A DNA stretch of 12,666 nt from Carpediemonas membranifera BICM. Taxonomy: Eukaryota; Protista; Fornicata. Positions within the stretch are counted from its first letter, which is position 1. Each line of letters begins with the position of its first letter. Position numbers and translations under genes: made by a program. This document shows positions 1-7,363 of the stretch, one piece after another. The stretch is taken from the NCBI GenBank assembly GCA_019828565.1, contig JAHDYR010000044.1, positions 1 to 12,666 on the forward strand. The letters run 5' to 3'. The notes beneath the pieces were generated by a model. The model was given only the letters and a program-made list of their open reading frames with translations. It was not told the DNA's origin and did not search any database.

Positions 1-348
1 ACGGGCGGTGTGTACAAAGAACAGGGACGTAATCACCGTACGTTGATGACGTACAGTTACTAGGAATTCCTCGTTCATGCTGAAAAATTTCAAGCAGCAA
101 TCCCCAGTACGAAGAAGTTTCCAAGATTACCCAACCCTTCCGAGCCAGGTTCTACTCATTCACTCCTTCAATGTATAACGCGTGTGGCCGCATCCATCTA
201 AGGGCATAACAGACCTGTTATTGCCTCCAGCTTCCCCAACCTTGCGGTGGTTGTCCCTCTAAGAAGCGTCTACGAATACGTGATTCGCAGCGCTATTTAG
301 CAGGCGGAGGTCTCGTTCGTTATCGCAATCAAGCAGACAAATCACTCC
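1..348 (-). rRNA. 18S (SSU) rRNA gene, partial 3' region; cut by the window edge at 1 and interrupted at 348
   Basis: The reverse complement reads GGAGTGATTTGTCTGCTTGATTGCGATAACGAACGAGACC...CTTCTTAGAGGGAC...GCAATAACAGGTCTGTTATGCCCTTAGATG...AACGAGGAATTCCTAGTAA...GATTACGTCCCTGTTCTTTGTACACACCGCCCGT. These are eukaryote-type SSU signatures, ending at the 1392R primer site. Similarity stops at 348, where the plus strand should continue ...ACCAACTAAGAACGGCCATGCACC. Confidence 0.97.
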
Positions 349-2238
349 GTCAGGCACACCACTCGAGAGGCCTTCATCGACAACTCAGGCGTCAGCGTCG
401 ACGACAACACCAACGAGGTCGTCCGCAAGATGCTCAAGGTCAAAGACTGGATCAGGTTCGCCAACGCAGCGACCATGTACGCCAAGCGCAGCACCACCCG
501 CGGCCCAGCCCTGCCCCGCAAGCGCCTCATCCCCGTTGCTCCGAAGCTGAAGAAGACTAAGCGCAAGCAGACCAAGCGTAACCCCCGCAAGCCCGGCGCG
601 AAGAGCAAGCCCAGAGTGAGACACATAGACACGGCCTTCAGCGACGCAGAGCTCGAATCAGACGTCGAACTCGAGGCGCTGACCGACTATGAGTGCGAAG
701 ACAACGTCGCTGCCATTGGGTTCGAGCCTCTCAACGCCACGTACCGCTCACTACACGAGCTGAACCTCACCCGCGTCCAGCGAAGCCTCGTACAGCGCTT
801 CCGTCGCGACAACTTCTACCGCATCGAGAAGCAGAACGAGGTGCACGAGCTCGCCGCAGCAGGCATCATCAGCGCGGAGGAGACCACCGTCATCGACCAA
901 TGGGTGCAGGAGGCGTCAAGCAAAGACCCTGGCACAGTCATATCGATCATCAGCAACGACACCGACACGGCGAAAGAACTCCTCGACACAGCAGAGGCCG
1001 AGGACGCCAACGAGGCAATCCAGACTATTCTCGCCCGCATCGAAGAAGCACGCCGCGCCCAAGAGCATCCTCCAGCCGCCCACAAGCCTGCCCAGCCCAA
1101 GACCAAGAGCAAGCGGAAGGACAAGCGCAAGCACAAACGCAAGAACAAGCCCACCATCGTCTTCGACATGGGCTCTCCCGAGTCCCCGCCTACTCCCGAC
1201 TACAACAAGGGAGACGCGACATACGCGCTCACTGTCCAACACCGCCGTAAGTCCCGCGAGAGAGCAGAGCCGCCTACGCCCACCATCCGTGCTGCCGATC
1301 CTCCCACGCAACCAGAGGACGAGATGGCCAGCAAGTGCCCGCTGCTCAACCCCAGAAGGATCACGACCCGGGACTACAGCAACGCTCGGCTCTACGACAA
1401 CGACGGCGGTGGCGACTGCGCCATCTTCGCTCTAGCGATGCGCACCAAGGCGTTCTACGACTACTTTATGTCCCTGGGCCACGGAGACGACGTGGACGGG
1501 TGTGTCAAGGTCTTCAGGCAGCGCTTCAGGCAGTACTGCACTGACTACAGAGAGACACACTCTCTCATACACCTCGGCCTTAACCCTGAGGCTGTTCACA
1601 GAATCACTTTCGACGGAACGTTCCTGAACATCCCCACCGTGTGGGCATTCTACTGTCACGAGTGCGGCATCAAGAATGACTCTCTGATTCTGTACCAGAA
1701 CGACAGGACAATCGAGTACACCATCAAGCCAGCGGACGATGACCCCGACCGTCGTGTTTCCATCTGCCAGGACGTCGTCAACGACGACAATACAATTCTC
1801 GCCACCGGCATCCGCCACCACGAAGGTGTACACTTCATGTGCGTCTTCCCCGAAGACGGGATTGAACACCAGCGCGAGCACGTCGACCACTCAGCAGCCG
1901 CCAGAGAGACTGCACTCAACCCCATCGAGATCACAGACGAGGACGAGCCGCCGCCGCCTGCACACGTTACCCGCCAACGCATAGCCATGAGACGTCAAGC
2001 TCGGGCCAAGCAGGCACCCGCCCCTCGGCCCACGTCTCCTCTTGTGCACGACATCGAGAGCATATCAATCAGCTCGCCCTCTGCCTCACCGTCGTCGCAA
2101 GGCTACGTGCCCCCGAAGCGTCTGCGGACGACACCACCACGCCGTATCCTCCCGCAGCGCTCTACGCTCCCCGCGGGACCCTCCGACCCTCAGCACCCCG
2201 GGTGCCCTGGTCGAGTGCGGCTCGACGAGTCGATATAA
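349..2238 (+). CDS. 5'-truncated ORF with an OTU-like cysteine protease domain, likely a mobile-element protein
   Basis: The frame of the 430..2238 ORF is open upstream to the junction (349-429 = VRHTTREAFIDNSGVSVDDNTNEVVRK) with the same C/G-ending codon style, so the ATG at 430 is probably internal. OTU-like Cys box RLYDNDGGGDCAIFALA (Cys at 1417-1419), DGTF segment, and His box HHEGVHFMCV (His at 1831-1833). Lys/Arg-rich NLS-like tracts, acidic tracts and a Pro/Ser-rich tail. Ends in TAA. Confidence 0.7.
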   Translation, partial: VRHTTREAFIDNSGVSVDDNTNEVVRKMLKVKDWIRFANAATMYAKRSTTRGPALPRKRLIPVAPKLKKTKRKQTKRNPRKPGAKSKPRVRHIDTAFSDAELESDVELEALTDYECEDNVAAIGFEPLNATYRSLHELNLTRVQRSLVQRFRRDNFYRIEKQNEVHELAAAGIISAEETTVIDQWVQEASSKDPGTVISIISNDTDTAKELLDTAEAEDANEAIQTILARIEEARRAQEHPPAAHKPAQPKTKSKRKDKRKHKRKNKPTIVFDMGSPESPPTPDYNKGDATYALTVQHRRKSRERAEPPTPTIRAADPPTQPEDEMASKCPLLNPRRITTRDYSNARLYDNDGGGDCAIFALAMRTKAFYDYFMSLGHGDDVDGCVKVFRQRFRQYCTDYRETHSLIHLGLNPEAVHRITFDGTFLNIPTVWAFYCHECGIKNDSLILYQNDRTIEYTIKPADDDPDRRVSICQDVVNDDNTILATGIRHHEGVHFMCVFPEDGIEHQREHVDHSAAARETALNPIEITDEDEPPPPAHVTRQRIAMRRQARAKQAPAPRPTSPLVHDIESISISSPSASPSSQGYVPPKRLRTTPPRRILPQRSTLPAGPSDPQHPGCPGRVRLDESI

Positions 2239-2740
2239 GACGTGGCCATAACTTTTTTTTGAGCCATCGTTCAGGGGCGTTCTGACAAATCCCGTATACA
2301 CCGAAAGGAACCCAACACAACTGTGCATTGGCTTATCCCAACTCCAAACTTTTAAGGCCAAAGGTCAAAAATTCGGGCAGTTCTCTAGATTCGGGTGGAT
2401 TTCGCGACTCAATCATACCGCCAGAGACCCTTAAGTCCACCAAATCCAGCAGCCATGAAGCCTCAGGCCTCGTGCTGTACTGCACAAATTGTTAGGAATC
2501 GCCATTTTTGTCGTACAACTATTTATGCATAATTCAATGTAAAGACGACGGAGTTGAATGGAGCTTATGTAGCGCCTCCGAGCTGTCACGCACAGCTATC
2601 CAGAGAAGCAATCCGCAGCCCTGAACGCCGTCTGTAAGCATGTGCTCTGACCTCAAAGTCCAATTTTGAGGTCCCGTTTTTGAGCGGGAAAATTTAGTAT
2701 AAAATATTTGCGTTGTCCCAGATTTCAATGCATTTTCGAA

Positions 2741-2816
2741 GGACCCCTGGGGTAGGCTACACGCTGCATGTGTCGCCTTCCCTGGCAGGGGCCCAGGGGT
2801 CCCGTACCGGGACCCC
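2741..2816. repeat. GC-rich inverted repeats / hairpin cluster
   Basis: GGACCCCTGGG (2741-2751) is the perfect reverse complement of CCCAGGGGTCC (2792-2802). GGGGTCCCG (2796-2804) and CGGGACCCC (2808-2816) form a perfect 9-bp stem with a 3-nt loop. Confidence 0.9.
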
Positions 2817-2830
2817 CCAAAATCCGCAAT

Positions 2831-2853
2831 ACCTTACCATAACTTACCTTACC
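2831..2853. repeat. Degenerate pentamer tandem repeat (ACCTT)n
   Basis: ACCTT ACCAT AACTT ACCTT ACC: 4.6 units with 2 mismatches. Confidence 0.7.
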
Positions 2854-2868
2854 CCCCACATCGCTGCC

Positions 2869-5292
2869 ATGGCCGCTGCAACCAGCAGCGAATCCGCTCC
2901 GGCCAAGAAGAAAGGCAGACGTCCTCGCTGGAACAGAGGGAAGAAGAAGAGCCAGAAGGATTCTTCAGCCGAGACTGAGCAGCCTGCTACAGAGAAACAA
3001 GCTGACAAACCTGCCAAGTCCCGGAAGCCTGCACCGCGCCAGTCTAAGCCGCACACTGTGGGCCCCCTGTTACAGTGTCCCCCGCCGCCGCAGGGAGCGG
3101 ACAGGCGGGACGTGCTCGCGTATAAGCTCGCAACAGAGACGCTCGACTGCCCCATCTGCCTGAAGCCCGTCCGTGCCCGCAGCCAGGTGTCCGCCTGCAG
3201 GGGCTGCCATGAGGTGTTCCACCTGGCGTGCCTCAAGAAGTGGGCCGCAGTGCGCCAGCTCGACGGCGGGAAGTCCTTCGCGTGCCCGTGCTGCAACCTC
3301 GTCCAGCACACTGAGAAGGCATACCGTTGCTTCTGCGGCAAGGAGACGAACCCCGTGACCCCGGCTGGCGCGACCCCCCACACGTGTGGCGCCCTCTGCG
3401 GCAAGACGAGGCCCCACTGCCCCCACCCGTGCCCCCTGCCCTGCCACCCCGGCTCCTGCCCCGAGTGCGGCGCGCTGGGTCCAACAGTCGTCTGTTTCTG
3501 CGGCAAGAGCACCCATGCCACGCGGTGCGGGTCCGACCCCAGAGCCGGCTGGTCCTGCGGGGATGTCTGCGGCAGGCCCCTGGCATGCGGCCACCACACG
3601 TGCACGCTGCCCTGTCACGACGGGCCATGCCCCGAGTGCCCGCAGACAAGCCGCACCAGCTGCCACTGCGGCGCCGTCTCCCGGGACCTACCGTGCGGCT
3701 CGGCTGCCTTCTCCTGCGGCCAGTCCTGCCCCCACGGCCAGCCCTGCCCCATGGTCTGCCACGAGGGGCTGTGCCCGACCCTCGCCCTGCCCGGCCAAGT
3801 GGTGCCGAGGACGGTGCCAGCCGACCTGTCCTGCGGGCACGCCGGACATGCCGTCGCCCTCTCGTCGGGCGCGGTCGAGTTCCCCCCGATCCCCCTGCCC
3901 TGCACCGCGGACACGACCGTCTCCTGCCGCTGCGGCCGGACCACCGTCACTGTGCCATGCCGCGACCTCGGCACCTCGCCCCTCGCCCTCGTCGCACAGG
4001 CGCTGACGGGCCCCGTGACCGTGGGCCAGCTCCCCCAGGAGGCATTGACCGTCATCAGGGGCATCACACCGCAGGACCGCCGCCCGACTCGGATCGAGCA
4101 TCTCATGTTCGTGCTGAGCGGCGGCCTGCCGACAATCGGGCTGGACCAATCCGCGGGGGAGTACGCCATCGGCCGCCACAGCGACGCGTGGCCCACCTGC
4201 ACCCGGCGCTGCGACGCCCTGCTGGCCTGTGGCGTCCACCGCTGCACGAGGGTCTGCTGCGACGGGGCCGACCACGCATGCCACCGGAGCTGCGCCAAGC
4301 CCCTGTCGTGCGGCAAGCACCGCTGCCCCCTGCCCTGCCATACCGGCGCATGCCCGCCCTGCTCCGAGGTCGTCTCTACCCAGACGTGGACGTGCGCGTG
4401 CGGCCGGACCCACGTGCCGCCACCGATCCGGTGCGGGGACGTCATGCCGCAGTGCCCGCACCCCTGCCCCAGGCGGAGGGAGTGCGGCCACCCCGTCGAC
4501 CACGGCTGCCACGAGGGCCAGTGCCCGCCCTGCACCGCCAGAGTCCCGCGGGTGTGCGCCGGCGGACACACCAAGGTGTGGGCCGCGTGCGGCAGCCCCT
4601 GCCCGAAGCCAGTTTCGTGCGGCGCCTCGTGCAACCGCCCGCTCCCGTGCGGCCACCGCTGCCACGCCAAGTGCCACGACGGCGTCTGCCCGCCCTGTAC
4701 TGACCCCTGCGGCAAGCGTCTGCCGTGCGGCCACGCCTGCTCCCAGCCCTGCGGCCATGGTGGCGAGTGCGGGCCGTGCGAGGCGGTCGAGCTGGCCCGG
4801 TGCGCCTGCGGACTCCAGCAGCTTCGGGTGCCGTGTTCGCCAGAGCCCCCTGCCTGCACACCGGCCTGCGTTCCCCTGCGCAGGGCGAGACTGGCTCCGC
4901 TCGCTGGCCGCAACCTGACCATGCCCGGCGTCGAGCTGAGCGCCATCCCGACCGAGCCAGGCGACCGGCCTGCCCCCGCCACCCTCGACCTGGCCCACAC
5001 GGCGTTCGTGCTGCACCTGCCCTGCGCCGACGGCCCCGCGAGACTGGCGACCGTGCCGGACGTCGTGGGGGCCAGCACCGTGGCGGCGACGATCACGGCG
5101 GTCGAGTTCGAGGCCGGCGTGCCCGACACAGTATGCGGCCTGCCCTTCTTCGTGCTCAACAGCTGGTCCGACGGGCTTCAGTTCCTCGAGCCGACGGACA
5201 GCGGCGAGGACGACGACGAGGACGACTTCGGCCTGTTCCGGCCCCCGACAGAGGCGATCGAGTGGGACGCAGTTATTGCTGCATGGGAGTAA
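2869..5292 (+). CDS. NFX1: NF-X1-type zinc finger protein (NFX1/NFXL1/FAP1 family) with an N-terminal RING finger
   Basis: RING CPICLKPV...CRGCHEVFHLACLKKWA...CPCC, then the family motif YRCFCGK..NP......PHTCG..CGK, and many C-G-H-x-C-x3-C-H-x-G-x-C-x2-C repeats. First ATG in frame is 2869 (GCCATGG context); the ORF-track start at 2713 is non-ATG. Basic NLS-like N-terminus. Confidence 0.93.
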   Translation: MAAATSSESAPAKKKGRRPRWNRGKKKSQKDSSAETEQPATEKQADKPAKSRKPAPRQSKPHTVGPLLQCPPPPQGADRRDVLAYKLATETLDCPICLKPVRARSQVSACRGCHEVFHLACLKKWAAVRQLDGGKSFACPCCNLVQHTEKAYRCFCGKETNPVTPAGATPHTCGALCGKTRPHCPHPCPLPCHPGSCPECGALGPTVVCFCGKSTHATRCGSDPRAGWSCGDVCGRPLACGHHTCTLPCHDGPCPECPQTSRTSCHCGAVSRDLPCGSAAFSCGQSCPHGQPCPMVCHEGLCPTLALPGQVVPRTVPADLSCGHAGHAVALSSGAVEFPPIPLPCTADTTVSCRCGRTTVTVPCRDLGTSPLALVAQALTGPVTVGQLPQEALTVIRGITPQDRRPTRIEHLMFVLSGGLPTIGLDQSAGEYAIGRHSDAWPTCTRRCDALLACGVHRCTRVCCDGADHACHRSCAKPLSCGKHRCPLPCHTGACPPCSEVVSTQTWTCACGRTHVPPPIRCGDVMPQCPHPCPRRRECGHPVDHGCHEGQCPPCTARVPRVCAGGHTKVWAACGSPCPKPVSCGASCNRPLPCGHRCHAKCHDGVCPPCTDPCGKRLPCGHACSQPCGHGGECGPCEAVELARCACGLQQLRVPCSPEPPACTPACVPLRRARLAPLAGRNLTMPGVELSAIPTEPGDRPAPATLDLAHTAFVLHLPCADGPARLATVPDVVGASTVAATITAVEFEAGVPDTVCGLPFFVLNSWSDGLQFLEPTDSGEDDDEDDFGLFRPPTEAIEWDAVIAAWE

Positions 5293-5316
5293 ACACATTA
5301 GCGCCTAGGCGTCGTT

Positions 5317-6591
5317 TTAATTGAGGGGGCAGAGCTTGTTGGCCCGGGCGAGGGCAGCAATCATCGCATCCCAGAAGGCAGGCACGTCGAGCTTGGTGCA
5401 GACGGTGGCGTTCGGCTCCTGCTTCTGGAATCCGTACATGTCACAGCACGTGGCGCCGGCACACATGCCCTGGGTCTCGACAGCCAGGTGAACGGCCTTC
5501 GTCTCGAACAGCTCGGGGGCGACAGCGAAGAGGACGGCGCAAGGGTCATGGACGGGGGGGTGGTCGAAGTGGAAGACCTCGCGGTACGTCTCCTCGAAGA
5601 AGCCGAGCAGCTTGACCAGCACGTCGTGCAGCTTAGTGGCGCCCATGCCCTCCGCCATCTGGGTCTTGACGGCCTCGGTGATGGTGACGGTGTGGGTCAC
5701 GTCGAGTGGGACCATCGTCACAGGGACTCCGCTGGCGGCGACGATGGCGGCGGCCTCAGGGTCGCACTGGATGTTGAACTCGCTGAAGGAACCGGTGTTG
5801 CCCATGTTGTACGTGCCACCCATGAAGACGACCTCGATGTGCTTCTTCAGCTCAGGGAAGGCCTTGAGAAGTATGGCGATGTTCGTCTGGGCGCCGGTCG
5901 CCACGAGCTTGACGCGGCAGCTGCGGGCCTTAGAGGCGCTGATAATACGCTGTGCGATCTCCGCGAAGGGAGACTCGGGGCGTATGATCATCGGCTCGGG
6001 GTCAAAGTCAACGGTGTCCCAGAAGGCGGAGGTCAGCCCGCCCAGGCCGCTCTCGCCGTGGATCTCTGCACACTGCTGGGGCGCGCGGAGGATGGGGTCG
6101 GTGCTGCCCGGGATGACATCCCTCTTGGCCCCTGCGAGGAAGAGACTGCGAGCGGCGTTGTCGGTGACCTTGGCGAGTGTCTGGTTGCCCTGGACAGTGG
6201 AGATGCCGATTAGCGAAATCCCGGGGTGGTGGACGGCCAGCATGATGGCGAGCATGTCGTCGTGGCCCGGGTCGCAGTCGAGCCACATCGGGACCGTGGA
6301 GAGGTCCTCGCCCTCGACGCTGCAGACCGTGCGGGCCTCAGCGTTGAGCGCGGCGGTGATACAGATCTCGCGTCCGAACAGAGGGAACGAATAACCTATT
6401 TTTGCACTCTCGATGAAGTTCTCCGGGACACGGGTGCGACGCAGCGTAGTCTGGCGCGTGCTGCTGATCAGCTCGATCTCATTGGTGGCCGAAAAGAACA
6501 CCATCGTCTGTGATGAGGCCTTACGACCTTCCTCCTGCACAGAGACAGAGAATTCAGCGCGTTTCTCTTGGTTATCTGACGTCGAAAACAT
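5317..6591 (-). CDS. Inosine-uridine preferring nucleoside hydrolase with a ~100-aa N-terminal extension
   Basis: Signature WLDCDPGHDD (DxDxGxDD), ISTVQGN, IHGESGL, ATGAQTNIA, MGG, SEFNIQCDPEAA, MVPLDVTH and VHDPCAV. First in-frame ATG at 6591; the true start is uncertain (other ATGs lie further downstream, and a spliced upstream exon is possible). Confidence 0.93.
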   Translation of the reverse strand: MFSTSDNQEKRAEFSVSVQEEGRKASSQTMVFFSATNEIELISSTRQTTLRRTRVPENFIESAKIGYSFPLFGREICITAALNAEARTVCSVEGEDLSTVPMWLDCDPGHDDMLAIMLAVHHPGISLIGISTVQGNQTLAKVTDNAARSLFLAGAKRDVIPGSTDPILRAPQQCAEIHGESGLGGLTSAFWDTVDFDPEPMIIRPESPFAEIAQRIISASKARSCRVKLVATGAQTNIAILLKAFPELKKHIEVVFMGGTYNMGNTGSFSEFNIQCDPEAAAIVAASGVPVTMVPLDVTHTVTITEAVKTQMAEGMGATKLHDVLVKLLGFFEETYREVFHFDHPPVHDPCAVLFAVAPELFETKAVHLAVETQGMCAGATCCDMYGFQKQEPNATVCTKLDVPAFWDAMIAALARANKLCPLN

Positions 6592-6755
6592 CTTGTCAAA
6601 AACCTGCCAAGGATTTCCCCCTGATCCAGTCAACCTTGGTCTTGCTGGGTCGAATCAGGGGTGCTTCGTTGACGATATGCATGAATGCCAGCACTAACCT
6701 GGTCACAGCAATGGAATTCCGCTGTCACAGGGAAACGATGACACTATGACAGCAT

Positions 6756-7238
6756 TTACAACACAATAGGATCAATCTGATCGGCAAAGCCATGTAGCAT
6801 ATCGAAGGTTGTGCTAAAATCGATGTCATACAGGCCAGACTCTTCCTGCATCAGATGACTGAACTTGCGACGGATGGAGCAGTCAAACATGTCAAATGAG
6901 TTGTCATCCTCAGTCTTCAGCTTCTTATGAAGGGTCATATAGCAGCGCAGAGCCCTGAACATGAACTCATCCACGTCCTTGTTGCGCGCTGGATTATCAG
7001 TGTTCATGTTATTCGCTCTCATGAAGTCCTCAACGTTATTAAACTCGGTAGCATCTACTAAGCTCAGCTTGAATGCAGGAACTGTGTCTGCTTGCTGGTG
7101 AAGAGCATTGCTTAGCGCGTCTTTCAACGCCGGGTTCATTCCTGAGATACCAGCTACAGCTGGGTTGATAAGAAGAGCGCTGTCGGATTCTTCCTGCGCC
7201 TTTTCCGGTGTATATCCCTTTACGCGGGGAATGGTCAT
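6756..7238 (-). CDS. Hypothetical protein, 160 aa (weak by-eye resemblance to VPS28)
   Basis: ATG-to-TAA ORF with protein-like composition, preceded by AT-rich sequence and filling the gap between neighbouring genes. Confidence 0.7.
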   Translation of the reverse strand: MTIPRVKGYTPEKAQEESDSALLINPAVAGISGMNPALKDALSNALHQQADTVPAFKLSLVDATEFNNVEDFMRANNMNTDNPARNKDVDEFMFRALRCYMTLHKKLKTEDDNSFDMFDCSIRRKFSHLMQEESGLYDIDFSTTFDMLHGFADQIDPIVL

Positions 7239-7363
7239 CTAATATTTCTCATGACATGCTCGGTGGAAGAAGTGATGTGCAGTTTATGACGTTTGACACG
7301 CAGAAGTCACGTGCGCGACTGTCAGATTAATTGCAACTCCGTATCTCATCCACTTTACACCTG

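Larger units (their letters stand above)
349..2853 (+). mobile_element. Putative 5'-truncated transposable element, possibly an RLE-type non-LTR retrotransposon; right end uncertain (~2435 or ~2853)
   Basis: It begins mid-ORF exactly at a break in 18S rDNA and carries an OTU-like domain. A ~620 bp non-coding tail follows, far longer than the other intergenic gaps (24-125 bp between genes in 5292-7364). A terminal hairpin and short tandem repeat lie at 2796-2853. No RT or transposase core is in the window, so the class is inferred. Confidence 0.45.

Noticed and set aside
2777-2850. U1 snRNA-like words (CTTCCCTGGCAGGGG, ACTTACCT)
   Set aside because: They are in the wrong order, the first has a mismatch in the invariant ACTTACC, and no Sm site or U1 loop motifs follow.
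2831-2853. Telomeric repeat
   Set aside because: The unit is ACCTT/TTACC rather than TAACC/CCCTAA/CCCTA, and it is short and degenerate.
349-2860. Group I intron with a homing endonuclease in 18S
   Set aside because: No LAGLIDADG, His-Cys box, HNH or GIY-YIG motif, no recognisable P/Q/R/S core, and the other rRNA exon never resumes.
2844-6394. Long overlapping and antisense ORFs across the NF-X1 and hydrolase genes (e.g. 3615..5159, 3688..5298, 3327..4703, 5612..6394)
   Set aside because: Shadow ORFs caused by very high GC and codon bias. They have Arg/Gly/Pro/Ala-rich composition and no motifs.
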